DNA of 57,939 nt, filler included, from Sphacelaria rigidula (GCA_964200075.2; 7 parts of 7 records of this genome joined end to end with filler, not necessarily neighbours in it); one strand, 5' to 3'; positions 1 through 13,074 are shown, counted from the whole stretch's first letter. Notes: a model not told the origin generated them from the letters alone. Made by a program: numbers and translations.

Positions 1-1654
1 GACCAGGGTGGCGGCGGAGCGAGGGGGGGGACGCATCGGCGGCGTGGGGAGGAGTGGGGGGGGGTTGCTGGGTGTTCTTCTACGCATGCCACTGCTCCAT
101 TTAGTTCGCTTGTTATAAGCTGAAAAAAGATTGGGCGGACAGTTTTTCTTCGTGACTTTTTTCAGAGAAGTCAGTTTTCAAAGCCCCACCTTAATACTAA
201 TAGTCCATGAATAAATCCTGGGGGGCTGTACACCCGAGGCCATCATTTAGCCTGCGTGCGGATGGTGGTAGTGGTCATAATTTGCATTCTGTGTTTACAC
301 CACATGCAGTACACCAACACGTAATCTCGTTCAGGTACAGGATAAATGGGATGGCCGCACAATACAAGCACACAGTAGCAACTGGTGGAGAAGGGATCGA
401 AACGACAGGCGTATCAACCCTTACTCTAGCCGACCGCCGCTTGGTACAGTAGTAGTATCACAAGCGGTGCGGTGTGCAGCAGCACGGTTATGCCACACCG
501 CACACAAAAAACTCACGTGATAGTCAGTGGTGCGGCAGCAACAGCCTCGGTGCACAAGGCACTACAGAGTTCACAATCTGTGGCGGGCACGACTAGCGTG
601 AAACGATACCAGATGTCAATACAGCAAGCAGAGGCGATACCGTGGTATTTTATAATAGTAACGCTGCCGGCGAAAAAGCCCTGTACTGAGCACCTCTGGT
701 CCTATGGTCATCAAGAGGATGCACGGAGTGCTGCAGTAGCCAGGATCCTGCTACGGTACTGCACATACAACATGCAGTACCGTACTAAACTTATATGCGC
801 GAAGTATGTGATGACCGCCACTTTTCAGATAGTTTGATCTCACTAAAAACTGACCGCTTTTCTCGGCCAGATTTGGCAAAATCCCGCTGACTGAAAAAGT
901 ATGGCAGTTTCCACGGAGATTTTTCATGAAGAACGGCACTGTAAGGTATTGTTCTAAAAAAATTCTCTGGAAACTGACCAAAACGACTTTCTTCAGTGAT
1001 TTTTTCCAGACTGTAGAGAGTGGCCCAATCTTTTTGCTGTGAGTGTTTCACGGTAAGAACTTCATCTCGCAAAAACAGCATAATGCTGACGCCTCAGATA
1101 CAGGGGCATAGATGACCTATGATGGAGGTTTCTGGATTACGGGGATGAAAAAAAGTGAGATTTGGAATTCGCTTTGGTGTGTCACATTTTGGACTTCACG
1201 TTCTCCAACGAGCCACATGTATTATCCTGCAACAAAGATGAATTTTCGAACAATGTTAACGGTTCATAGCAAGCGCCACCAAGAGTTGAAAGAAACATTT
1301 CCAAGTGAGGAGCGTCAGGTTTGCGTGGGACTTGTTTCGGAGGGGGGGGGGGGGGGGGGGGGGGGAGGGGGGCGCTACGGAAAGCGAGGGGGGGGGTGTG
1401 GGTTGGTTGTCTCCCTGTGACGACACAAAGCAGGNNNNNNNNNNGGTGAGGGGGGGGCGGTGGGTGGGTGGGGGGCGGGGGGGCGCGGGTGGCGGTGTGG
1501 AATTGCGCGCTCAATGACACATCAAGGTGGTGTTTACATCTGTTTCTGCATCCTGACGACACACGGCTTAGTAGTGAAGATGATTTGAGGCTATTTCAGA
1601 ATAGTATACCACCACACCACAGGCACCGTAGGTAAGATACGTGCCCGATGCCGT

Positions 1655-1858
1655 TATTTGGGACATCTTATACCCGACCGGTACCGGTCCAATCGGGTAT
1701 TTTCAAAACTTATACCTACGATACCAACGATACCACGGTACTTCGAGATTTGAGTACCGCGTACCCGCTCAATCGGGTATTTTCAAAACTTATACCTACG
1801 ATACCCACGCATACTACGGTATGGGATACTCCGGTAAATACCGCGGGTTTACCCGGTT
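1655..1858. repeat. TACC/GGTA-rich dispersed repeat, copy 1 (MITE-like)
   Basis: About 200 nt similar to 2888-3103 (ttgggacatct..tacc..gggtattttcaaa..tacctacgatacc..ggtatgggatac), with an internal sub-repeat. Confidence 0.7.
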
Positions 1859-2398
1859 AACACCGGAGGCGATGCCCTCTTCACGGTACAGCAGTTGGTC
1901 TCCACTTGCGCAAAGGCTAGAAGCCAAAGCATGTACGTCTTGTTTTCACAAGCGATATATACCCAGATTCTCCCAGTTTTTTTTGCTTGGATCAATTCGA
2001 ATGGGCTTAATATTATGCAGTCTAAAGTGCGGTGGATTTTTTTTCTCGATCTGATAGGCCCAACGCATTTCGGTTATCAAAAGGCTGTAATTTAAATCTG
2101 AAATTAGTGGCGCACGGAGAAGAACTCCAAAATACGAGGGCTAAACCTTTTCGATCGAAAACATGCGGTCGAAACGCACGAAGCGGCATTTGACTCCTAT
2201 CTTACAGACGAGCACGCCAGATGACACCCGTTCACAGACCCATGCAAACTCCACCCAACTCATTCTGAGCCATCACCGCAACCCTGCAGCATCGAGTCCG
2301 AGTAGATCACAGGGATATATATACTGCAGTAGTTGGGTATGCTTTATTTATTTTTTGTTGGAGAACACTTCCGCATCTCCATTCGTGGTGGGGATCAG

Positions 2399-2503
2399 CG
2401 ATGGAACTGCGTGGTACGGTGGGCAAGCGAGTCGCGTACGCGCTCAAGGACAGTGCAGCCAGTACAAAGATGCACGTCGTTCAAGTCCTCTTCACGTCGC
2501 GTT
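2399..2503 (+). CDS. Candidate orphan internal exon (MELRGTVGKRVAYALKDSAASTKMHVVQVLFTSR), product unknown
   Basis: cag| acceptor, |gtaagc donor, 105 nt, symmetric phase 1, open frame; no family recognised. Confidence 0.3.
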
Positions 2504-2887
2504 GTAAGCAGAGAGAACTGATAGCCCTGGGCTGTCTGCACTGCACATTGCCCGCTCCTCTTTCGAATCCTACTGTACGAAACGTGCACACACGCACTCG
2601 AAACACTCTGCTTAAAAGCAATGCAGACAGTATAGACCGTCTGTACTTGACACGCGTGACCATGTAGCGTTTCACGAGTTTCACTGTCTTCTCCCGATAG
2701 GAATCTTAATAATTCCCTCGAACCCAAATCGACAAAAATTAGGGATGTTCACTTAAATCAAATCCACCGCTCCAACTTTTCGATCGAAAAAAAAAGAGTG
2801 TGAAGACACGTCCTGAAACGTTTCTCCACACTGCCGGATGATAGTTTCAAAATTGGTATAGAGGGTAAGGCAGGTACCTGGTACTGG

Positions 2888-3103
2888 TATTTGGGACATC
2901 TCGTACCCTACCGGTACCGACCCAATTGGGTATTTTCAAATGTCATACAGTACCTACGATACCGACGATACCACAGGATTTCGAGATATCAGTACCTACC
3001 GTACCCGCTCGATCAGGTGTTTTCAAAACGCACACCTACGATACCCACGCATAGCACGGTATGGGATACCCTGGGAAATACCGGGGGTACCCTCGGTACG
3101 GTA
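2888..3103. repeat. TACC/GGTA-rich dispersed repeat, copy 2
   Basis: Diverged direct copy of 1655-1858. Confidence 0.7.
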
Positions 3104-4199
3104 CTTCACCTACAGTTCCAACGTAACACTCCGCAAGTTTCCAAGCACAGTGCAGCAACATAGTTGACGGTTTGACACTTGAGCTCACGACTACGTCGTT
3201 TGAAGCACACAGAGGTATGAGCTCTTCACAGCAGCACATGAACCACACTCGACATGCAAGTGGCTGTCTGCACGGACTGTGCTGTAACGTCTGTTGCCGC
3301 TCTCGTGCAAATATTCAAGCACACATTCGCTATGCGGGCCTGTACTTCGAGACGTAAAATGCCTACCGGATGCGTTCAAATATTATTTGTGACGGCGTGA
3401 CAGTTTGGCGCGACAAAGGTTTCGAGGGCCGATAACTCATCATCCCCATGATTTTTGCAGGAGGGAAGAGTATAAGGTACTCCGGCATAGTGACGCAGGT
3501 TTCGGTACGGTACCAATAATCGTCGAAACACATCACGCGGCCATGTCATTATAAGAGGGGTGGTTTTCAGCGTGCAATGGCTTGGGACAGTGACGAACTG
3601 CTTTACTGTGCCACATTCTGTAGACCAGGACGAAAAGAGCACAGTTGGAATAACGGAAGATACACCGAAATAACGATAGAAGAAATGTTGGGTACTAGTT
3701 GATGGGGAACATATTCAAAAACGGTTGTGAAGACACTGCTTGTTTGCGGGCCCGTGCTGCTAGCTTCGTGGGCGAAGGAGTCGGTAATCGCTCCGTACTG
3801 GACAACATATGTCGCGGGGTTCCGGCTCACCAAAAAGCTCAAAGTAGAACAAGCTTCGACACACATGCCCATCTGAGTAACATTTTCACGGTTAATACAA
3901 GGGCCAGGATCGCTAACACCACGATTGCAGTCCAAGTACTCTATATGACACGTCTACATCTCATGCTTTGGAATGCTTATCGACCACACGAAGATGAGGC
4001 TTTTGGTCGACACGTAGTGTGTGTGTGTCGACAACTCATTCAGCAAGTTGTTCAGCCCAAACGAAATACCTGCCGTACAAAGCTGCCTCCCCTCCCTGAA
4101 AGCAGCGCCCTGTGCTTCCCTTCCAACAATACCCCTGAAGTATCTCTCGGTAAAGCTTATGCAGGATATTTGAATATCCTATGCCTCGTAGTAGTGATA

Positions 4200-4660
4200 T
4201 CCTACCTCTTTCTATCCCCCGTGTATCCTCTTGTCTTGCCTACACCTCCCCAAGCTCTGGTGCTTGTAAATGTTCTGTCCAAACGGTATCGAGTAGGTCT
4301 GACTGTCATTTTCCAAAATTCAACCACATTAGTGTAGATTGCTCATATCAGATCCGTGATCAGACTAGCTACTTCGACAGATATTAGGGGAAGACGCAGT
4401 TTGACATCCCTCTAACCTCTTCGACCCGACATAGGTGATATTCCCGAGAATTAATGCGTTCTAGGATTTTTTCATTGAGTTGGGTACATATTCCCGTGAA
4501 ATTCGCCAACGCCATTGCTTTCGCCCATAAATTTGTGTTCGCGGTAGAATGATAATAAGAAACGATGGCAATCTGAGGGCTGTCCCATGACAATAGGAGG
4601 GTATTGTATCCCATAACGGTCGTCGGGTGTTCTACCACATCATGTCGATACAAGTCCATG
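4200..4660 (-). mobile_element. Decayed Ty1/copia integrase fragment
   Basis: Frameshifted translation NTNLWAKAMALANF..N..PT..NP...ISP resembles the copia integrase C-terminal LWAEA..A....N..P motif; many stops. Confidence 0.4.
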
Positions 4661-5659
4661 CACGAATCTTTCTCCCTGGCTGCTCAATGATAGCACATAA
4701 GGCACGGGTTGCTACGACATCGATCTAGAGCTAAAATCAACCCAGTACAAGCCAAAACTATGGACAACGTACTCCCTCATCTGATACAAACTATGTGCGT
4801 TGCGAAGGTCTCAACCTCACCCAAGATTAGCCATATCAGAGCACCCCGATCTGGGGGGCGGCAGATAGGTCGTGAAGATCGTCGTGCTGACAGTCGTGCG
4901 GTGTTTTGTGTGAGCAAGCGGGGATCGATTCACCGACCGCTGCCACATCTGTCATCGCCGGGCAACATCACACAATGTCATCGGCGCACCGCGCTGTCAG
5001 GTCGAGATCGTACACTAGATTCGCACCAAACCTGAGGGCCGGAACCGTGCGCACCCGCCAGCTTCGCCAAGGACAGCACGTGGACGCAAGATATCCCGCG
5101 AGTAATGGTCATGAGAGCTGATTATCCACAAGTGAGTGCGGATGAAACGCGAAGTTGTGTGTAAAACTGTCTTGGTGGCGAGCACTTACCTACTTGCTAC
5201 TCACAAGATTTATGATACATGTCACTTTCCGTGTGCGATGGCTGATCTGATACGGCAGACTCGGATGTGATGCCCAGACATGAGTTTCACACGGTGGTGC
5301 TGCGTCATGCGTCCGGGTCTGGGTTGCACGAGAAGCGTGTGGTGGGTTCAACCTGGACAAGTCGTTGACCCGTCATTTCCTGCGAGCGTACTGTACAGAG
5401 TATGTTGCGCTGTAGTTGAATACAGTACGGCACTATTCTTGTCGATTGACAACGTGCGATACACGACTCATAATGTCTGAAGTAATCAGATACGATACTG
5501 CCCACGGTCCTTTCTCGCGCCGCTCCCGACGGGGGTAGTAGTGCCGACAAATCGTGTATGTAGTTAGTTATGTTTGTGTTTCCTAGACAAAGAGCGCTGC
5601 TGGCGGACTTCTGATCATGCACTAATCACAGTGCGTACAGAGCAGCTGACAAAACCCGA

Positions 5660-5790
5660 AGATCCAAGATGCATAATCAGAATATTCCGCTGCCTCAAGA
5701 TCCATCATCAAGATATGCCGCTGCCTCAAGATCCATCACCAGAATATGTCGCTTCTTCGTGATCCATCATCAGTGCTTGCCCGCTGCTTT
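5660..5790. repeat. Short tandem repeat, ~31-nt unit, about 4 degenerate copies
   Basis: Repeated ccgctgcctcaagatccatcatcagaatat-like unit. Confidence 0.7.
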
Positions 5791-5793
5791 TCC

Positions 5794-5884
5794 AGATGTA
5801 TATCAAACTCGAGGTTCCCAGTATATCTGACAGCAAACAGTAAACTGTTGAATTTGCCGGGAACCTTGAGTTCGAGATACATCT
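5794..5884. repeat. Imperfect inverted repeat / hairpin (91 nt)
   Basis: agatgtat..aaactcgaggttccc..ctgacag pairs with ctgttga..gggaaccttgagttc..atacatct. Confidence 0.75.
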
Positions 5885-5989
5885 TCTGTGCAACGATAGG
5901 GCGATCTTTCTATTTCGGGGTGTTGTCCGGGTGTTTACCTTCACACACCCCAGGTTGAGTTGTTAGCCGCAAGGCGGGAGTGACGCCGC

Positions 5990-6203
5990 GATAGCCCCTC
6001 CCTAAGCCAGCCCCAAAACTGTCACAAAGACAACGGCCATACAGCGCATGACTGCTGGTTTCAGAGTGCATGATATGGGCAACATTGGCGACGAAGATCC
6101 CAAGCGTGGGAGTTATCAGCTGTTCGGTGTGCTCGGCTCTTGTCATTATGTCCCACATGCAGATCTGACCACCTCGAACCAGCCACTTTTCTGCGGGGGC
6201 TAT
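5990..6203 (-). pseudogene. Decayed coding fragment of unknown family, homologous to 24049-24270
   Basis: IAPAEKWLVRGGQICMWDIMTRAEHTEQLITPTLGIFVANVAHI aligns without gaps to the 24049-24180 peptide (21/44 identical), with synonymous codon differences. Confidence 0.6.
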
Positions 6204-6274
6204 CGCGTCGTCAGTCAGTCGCAGGTTGATAATTTAACGGAAGCACGAGCGACCCACTTCATGGTCCTTGTTTG

Positions 6275-6447
6275 TTGTCAAAGGAATGTCATTGCATGGA
6301 CACTTGACAGTTGACGAAGCACACGTCAGAGCCTACGTCAGGTCTTCCTTGTTCAGGGAAGACCTGACGTTCAAGGAAGACCTGACGTAGGCTCTGACGT
6401 GTACTTAGTCACTGCTAAATGTTCATGAAGTGACATTCCTTTGACAA
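6275..6447. repeat. Long palindrome (173 nt)
   Basis: ttgtcaaaggaatgtca...acacgtcagagcctacgtcaggtcttccttg pairs with caaggaagacctgacgtaggctctgacgtgt...tgacattcctttgacaa; the inner ~31 bp are perfect. Confidence 0.9.
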
Positions 6448-6981
6448 GCTTCTGTCTACATGGTACCCAAGCTCCCAGCGCCCTTTCGAAAAAGCTCTTG
6501 ATACGTAGATACTTGCGTTATGCACCGTACTGCTACTGCAAAGCCCTTTCACAGCATTACCCTCCGCATGGCTTCATTGAAATGCGATGAGCTCGGAGCA
6601 AGGACATAGGAGACCGTAATATACTTGTGGAGTGATGCTGCGGTAAGGGTGCACACACGTTTTCTGAGGTGAGAGTTGTAAGGAGCCTTTTATCTCATCC
6701 AAAACACGACAAATTTAATATGTGTCAATACGCCAGGATCTCTATTCCAATGTGCTACTCGCAGGGATATCCCGAATGAATTGGCAAACGGGGATGCCCT
6801 GACCCGTATGCTTGTGCATCTAGAATCGTAAGGAGCCTCTGAACCAGATAAGATTTTGCACAAAACGTGCACCCCTACCGTAGCATTGATCTGTGTTTGT
6901 ATCGCTTATGTGAATAATTTGACGTGTATGCTTTCTTTTGCTTTGGGGTGCCATGAAGGATCATGGGCCTGTTTTTCATAC

Positions 6982-7240
6982 AGAGCAATGCTACGGTAGG
7001 GGTTGTACTTTTTGCCTTTGGGGCTCTCCTTCTAGGAGCACAAATGCACGGGGCTTAACGGTGCAACCCAAATCTCGGGGGACCGAACTCCCAGAAACAC
7101 GGTGTTTGCACGCAGGGGCCTTTTCGTGAATCGGCATCATTTCAAAAATATGATGTATATCACAAAATGCCCTGTCTAACACCCCGAGCAGCCCCGAGAA
7201 CCTTTTTCGATAAAAAAACCTGCAATCCCTACCGTAGCAT
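6982..7240. mobile_element. MITE-like element with ATGCTACGGTAGGG terminal inverted repeats
   Basis: atgctacggtaggg ... ccctaccgtagcat; the same end motif recurs at ~6870, ~19875 and ~49800 in three scaffolds. Confidence 0.55.
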
Positions 7241-8159
7241 CACACTCCATACATTATATGCGAACATCAGTTTCTTGCCACATGATGCGCGCCTCAGTAG
7301 AGATAATGTCTATCTGATGTGGGCACCAGGCTAGGTAGTTGATAGGACCGCGACATGTGTCTGGGGATTGATTGGAACCTAGAGAGAAACGAGTAGTAAA
7401 ATGCGCATTCAGCAGTGAGTAGCGGCGCGCTTTGTTACAGTTTACAGTGCTGTCAAGTGTACCAATGTAGTTATAGCTGACCTCGTGTTGCACAATAGGT
7501 AATATCGAACATCGGTGAACTCAATCAACGCAAATTATTCAGCTGGCGTGTACAGACTAGTGCACGCGTATGTACCAAAAACAGTTATCCCAGATTCTCA
7601 CGCCGATTCCTCTTGTTACTCTGACTCTGAAAAATTGAAGACACCACCCCTCCTCACAGTACGCATTGGCCGCACGTAAAAAGCACCTCGCAGCTCACAG
7701 CTTCACAGTATGCCAGCCCCCAAGTGGGCCGCGCCAGCAGCAGCGGAGCTACCGCCAAGGGTATCTTGTTTTACCACGCATGAGAAGAAAACCTCCGTTG
7801 TCGTGGGTTTTATACTACCTTGCCCTAGCCCTCATCGATACTCGTGTCCTTGCAGTCGTAAAATATATACAGTGACACCCCTGACAGCGATTGGTTCTTA
7901 TCGGAACTGTCATTGCTCGCACGTGGATGTGTGAGAACGGCAGCAGTGGCGAGAACATCGCCCTGTTTAATCATGACGTGATATGTAACAAACAGAGGCA
8001 CGTCCTGTACAAAAAGAGAGGCAGAATGGAGTCGATATTTGCACTGGCCAGCGCCACAGACAAGACACCAATACACCAGTCAAAATGCGTCAAGCCAAGC
8101 TGCACATTAGTTTTGGGGCTGTACAACTAACCCCTAACATGGTGGCCATACTCTTCTCC

Positions 8160-8192
<33 letters not shown>
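8160..8192. repeat. (AAT)n microsatellite at scaffold end
   Basis: Read directly from the sequence. Confidence 0.95.
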
Positions 8193-8292
8193 NNNNNNNN
8201 NNNNNNNNNNNNNNNNNNNNNNNNNNNNNNNNNNNNTTAATTAATTAANNNNNNNNNNNNNNNNNNNNNNNNNNNNNNNNNNNNNNNNNNNN
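8193..8292. other. Artificial scaffold-concatenation spacer (N44-TTAATTAATTAA-N44)
   Basis: Exactly 100 nt with a palindromic all-frame stop linker; the same spacer recurs every ~8291 nt. Confidence 0.97.
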
Positions 8293-8361
8293 GGAATCGA
8301 ACCCCCCAACTCAGCCATCAGAAGGTTACGAGGTTACCAACTGAGCCACCGGGGCGACCGG
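8293..8361 (-). mobile_element. tRNA-derived SINE family A, head only (cut by scaffold end)
   Basis: Minus strand has A-box TGGCTCAGTTGG and B-box GGTTCGATTCC; same head as the full copies at 39 kb and 44 kb. Confidence 0.8.
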
Positions 8362-8649
8362 CTACAGTACCCTGTACAGATTGCGTTGGATTTTGGTCAT
8401 GGACACTGAGAGTGAGTAATTTTTTGGGGTCACTTTACTGACTGTAGGAACAACGCTCGCGACATGAAGAATCAACGCACCGTCTGAAGAAGGATCCAAT
8501 AATACATCAGTGGGGTACAAGCGCAGGGGTGTGCGGATCCAGGTAGCGTGCATTGAGAGGATCCACACAGAATAGTCAAAACTGCCTAATTGTGGCAAGT
8601 TGGACAGCATCAGCGTGTTGGTGACATGAATTACCGCCTAACCCGCCTG

Positions 8650-9270
8650 TACGGTACAAACCGAAGAAAGTGTACGTTCTCCGACTTTCCAAGGGGATGA
8701 CAGCATGTACTACAGGTGCCATACCCTACTGCACCGACTGACTGTTGTACCGAACTTGAGGCGTGAAAGCACACCAGTCCCACGACTGCAGTACAGTAGT
8801 TGAATACTACATGGCCAGCTGGCGGTCGCCTCTGCGACGATCTGCAAAGGCTTGTATCCGATATGGAACTCAATTCCCAAGGGTCGACAAGTTCAAGTGT
8901 CCATGGGGGGCATCATACCAAGACGGTGAAATGGAGGACCTGGCGAGTGCGTGCGTGCGTGCGTCGTCTACAGCAGTCTGTCCCACATGGATCGTTAGTC
9001 TTTTTGTGGGGAAGACGCTGGCTGCTCCAGAAAAATACGGACTGTACCCCTCCTTCCCGAATGATTTGGCATGAAAAGCAGCACCCTCGGCACGCGTGCT
9101 GATCAACAGACAGAGAAAGCAGTGCAGTTCTGCAAGGATCTGCGTACGTTTCGCCAAAAACATACCCCGCGCTTAGGGTACAACTGCTTCGAATGTCTAC
9201 AGTGGCGAATGGAGGAGCAGACTGCGCTGCGCTGCTGGTTTGGGCAGTGGTGTTGGTACAAACTGTACTG
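8650..9270 (+). mobile_element. Possible highly decayed copia reverse-transcriptase fragment
   Basis: Scattered peptides KKVYVLRLSKG, QFPRVDKFKCPW and EEQTALRCWFGQWCW occur in the order expected for copia RT; the YVDD motif is not intact. Confidence 0.25.
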
Positions 9271-10362
9271 ATGAACAGCAGTTGCCCGGGGAAAACAATT
9301 ATAATTGTGATAGTGTGCAAACATCACGGTCAGTTTCTGTGCCTCTTCGTCTCCTTCCAATTCGTTCAGGAAGGCTACTGTAACTCGACAGCCAAGTTTC
9401 GCTAAACTTCCGCACGCTAACCCTGCCATTGCTACTGCTATTGATGAGAATGTACTGCCGTTACGATATCCTCAAGTTCTTCGGTTCTCTCTAACCTTCT
9501 TATTTGATGTCAACTTGACTTGAAACGGTACAGTAGTAGTGGTGTGGCCCTCTCGCGTAGGCCGAGATGTGGGAAACGGGCGGGTTCTTCATATTATATC
9601 TCACTTTCAGTATGGACCAACACTGCTGTACTGTTTTCCCCTCTGTAAACAGCGCATATCAGCTCCTCCAAATCGACACTTTTGCGGTGACACTTTGAAG
9701 TTGTCGATCCTGCCGTGAAATAGCTTTTACGGTCAACCCGCCGTGGATCCTTAGGGCCTTATACAACCATCTCGTTGCTCACCACGTATACGCTCTGGGG
9801 CTGCTGTGCTATTGCGCCAAAAGAGTTACGGCGAGTTCAATTCATAGATCCCCAAAATCAACTTTGATGTACCACGAGTACTCGTGCATTGACTGTATAC
9901 TATATTATTGTATCTAGTACATTACAAATGTTGAGGTGATCCACTGGCGCCGATAAATACACGGTTCAAACAGGCTTAGACCGAACGGAAAGCCGCAAAT
10001 TACTTCACATGACGCGTCACGGAACAAAACTAACACACCACACACCAAAAGCCGAAGAGGGTAATGGATCCTCTGAACAAAATGTAGCAAACTCACCTAC
10101 TGAGTGCGTACGTGCTTCCAGTTCTTCACTCCATAGAGGCCACCTCAAACCTAACGGCGGTGCTGTGTGTGTGCTGAGTGTTTGCCTCCCAACAGTAACT
10201 TGACTTCTCATGAACATATACGGTATGGACCATACTTCACGGTTTTGATTTTTCAACTTGTAAGATATACTTGGACAGGAGTTGTCCATACCTGTTGTCC
10301 GTCCGACAATTCGTAACTCCGCCAGGCGATTCAACTTTGTCCTGCAGTACAGTACAGGATTG

Positions 10363-10668
10363 ACAAGGTTCGGACGAACAATCAATGATTCGTTTGAAAG
10401 TTACTTGCGTTTGATATGCTTTAGTCGAACCCGTACGAATCCATCCTTGGGCTTGGCTGTCAGCGTTGCAACCCACGTTTGCGCCCCCCCCCCCCCCCTC
10501 GCGCGCCCCCGCCCCCCCCCGGTACGTACGTGGAATGGCGCAAAAAATGCGTGGACAGTTCTTTGATCCGCCCGCTATGCACCCGCGCTAAAATTTCTTC
10601 TCTTCTGAGCAGGCGTTAGAAATCGTGGATGTACTTAATCGAACCAGCGATGATGCGTCCAACCCTGG
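10363..10668. mobile_element. hAT-type MITE copy (family of 15821-16079)
   Basis: Shares ggttcggacgaa..atcaatgattcg, cgtacgaatc, gcgttgcaaccc and ggaatggcgcaaaa with the 15-16 kb copies. Confidence 0.6.
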
Positions 10669-11394
10669 CAACTTACCACCCAGGTGTCCGTGAGCGCTGT
10701 ATAAGAAGGTTTTCGGGGGATTGAAGGTAACAATGTTGTCGTGATAGTATAGAGTAGAGGATACGATTGAGAGTGAAAAGCGGTCAATTAGTGAATGAAT
10801 CGTTTCAGTTCCGAAATGCCCCTCTACGAGACCCCATATGATTTGTCACTGAGAGGCCCTTGATATCCCTGAGCAGAATATCGACGTGTAGCTGTAAGCG
10901 CACGGCAGTCATACTTGTAGAGGCAAGGAAAAGCACACACGGAATGAAAAATTGTCCAAGTTAAAACGAAGATCACATCCACTCTCAGTCCGCGCTCTAC
11001 TCTCGATCTCATGAAAACGTTCTTCTATCTTGTACCCGTAACAACCATATTTGAAGGTGCTGCAAGTGCGATGATGGCCAACCGTCCGCAGCAGCAGCAG
11101 TACAACAACAGGCAGAACTATAGAATGATGACGGATTGGGTGGAAACCGGTGGTATAATTCGAACGTCTGCTGCTGCCATCGGTGTCAGCGTAAAAGTCT
11201 CCCGCCGTGGGCACGATAAAACAGTCTGCGATGATGGGTGACAGACTTTTTGTATCATGTCTTCTGTGTTTTTGTGGCCCTTTGGGAATCCAGTGCTGAT
11301 TTTTGTTTTTGTGAATCGGCATCATTTCGGCTTGGACATGACTGAAAATGACTGAAAATGATTCTACTTCACAAAAACAGAAATCAGCATCGCG

Positions 11395-12274
11395 AACAGT
11401 GAATTCTCGAAAATAGGGTCGAAAAAAATGAGGTTTAACTCAAAAGCCGTGTTTTCCCTGCTGACCTAAATTCACGACGAGTGACTTGTGTATGCGGACG
11501 ACCTCATCTTTCCCGACCTCCCTAGAACTATTTCGGGGTATTTCTGGCCTTCCGTTCCCCCCAGAACACGAGATCTTACAAATTGGGAATGGATCTTTAA
11601 TTGGGGATGAGAAACCCGGAGAATTAAAATATTCGTATCCACACCAAATCTCCGAAATATTGTTCCATTTCTTCACCTACTGATAGCTATTGTCAAAAGC
11701 TGCACGCCATAGAAATTTAGATTTTGATCACCGAAATGTTGGGGTTTTAGGTGAAAAACCAATTTTCGGGAATTCCGGGTGTACGAGCGGACGCCAAAAT
11801 GGTTCCGAATTTTGTTTTTCACCTAGAACCCCAAACTATCAGTGATCGAAATCCAAATTTCCATGGCCTGTAGCAATTGTCAATAGCTATCAGTAGTTGA
11901 AGAAATGGAACAACATTATAAAGATTTGGTGTGGATACGAAGATGTTAACTCTCCGGCTTTCTCATCCCCAATTAAAGATCCATCCCCAATTTGTAAGAT
12001 CCCGTATTCCAAGGGTATGTGCGAAAGCACTCTTTACTTTGGCCTCGATTTCAGGCTGAAAAAACAATATATCTTTGGCAAAATATCGTACTTTCGGATG
12101 TTCCCTTTTGGGGGAACGGCAGGCCAGACATCCTTCAAAATAGTTTCAGGGGGATCGGGAGGGATGGGGGTCGTCCATATGAAAGTCATCTGTCATGGAT
12201 GTAGGTCAGGGAAAGTACGACTTTTGAGTTCAACCTCATTTCTTTTTCAACCCTGTTTTCGAGAATCCATTGTT
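11395..12274. mobile_element. Foldback element, ~880-nt inverted repeat centred near 11790
   Basis: The arms are reverse complements, e.g. gatctttaattggggatgagaaa / tttctcatccccaattaaagatc and ctactgatagctattg / caatagctatcagtag. The right arm has a ~90-nt insertion; a third partial arm lies at 13178-13395. Confidence 0.8.
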
Positions 12275-12474
12275 ACTGGGTTCCCAAAGGGTCACGTTTG
12301 TTGTCTCCCCATTTTTTTTTCGATCGCAGCGCTGTATTTTTTCAACTTCTTTACCGAACCTCAAATAATAACGACGCGTTTTCGTGAGATTGAGGGGTAG
12401 AGGACTAATTGAGGGTGGCTTTGATCATTCGTTTCAACATATAAATGCGTTAAAAAAAAAACGCATAAAAAGCA

Positions 12475-12631
12475 CAAGTAAGCGTACCGTAGGAAGGAAG
12501 GTGGTGGGGCATTGAAGACAAACAGAAAACTACTGTGTTGCCCTTCCTCCTGTGTGACCTCGGCTGGTGCGCCCACAGATGCCGAAAGGTATAGACTTGC
12601 GTCCAGAATAGCGGGGGGGACAATACACACA
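12475..12631 (+). mobile_element. SINE family A, 3' part
   Basis: Matches the 3' body (tgtgacctcggctg.tgcgcccaca..gaaagg..tagac..gcgtccagaata) and the ACAC tail. Confidence 0.7.
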
Positions 12632-13074
12632 GGAGGCCATATTACTCAAGACGATCGTACTTGGGCTTAGTCTAATTGTATACAAATTACTCGAGTTCAT
12701 GTGGACCCGCGAACCGGTTGGATACAGTATTATTGCCGATAAGAATCACTTCACACCAGTCTTATTACCGCTCTACATCCATACAATAGCCAAAACTACT
12801 GGCAGTATGTACTCCCTTTCTTCTTTCTTTCTTTCTTCTTTATTTCTGTTTTCTTGTATCGCGTTTTGTGAGTTCTTCACTCTGGATCTATTTTATTTTA
12901 TTTTGGTTTATTCTGCTAGCCTGTGACCACGGAAGGCGTCCNNNNNNNNNNGTACCAATGTACCGCGCAGATATCGGAACGGCTTTTAATGTGAAGACAA
13001 CAACAACAACAACAACAACTGGACTTGAGATTACAAGGCCTTGGTTGTAGGATTAATACACCTGTAAATTAGTT

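Noticed and set aside
3640-3700. piggyBac-like peptide (EITIEEML; similar RPITTEEMW near 34800 on -)
   Set aside because: A single short motif without the other transposase motifs on the same strand.
8237-8248. TTAATTAATTAA as a piggyBac target or regulatory site
   Set aside because: Always centred in N44..N44 at regular spacing; it is an artificial all-frame stop linker.
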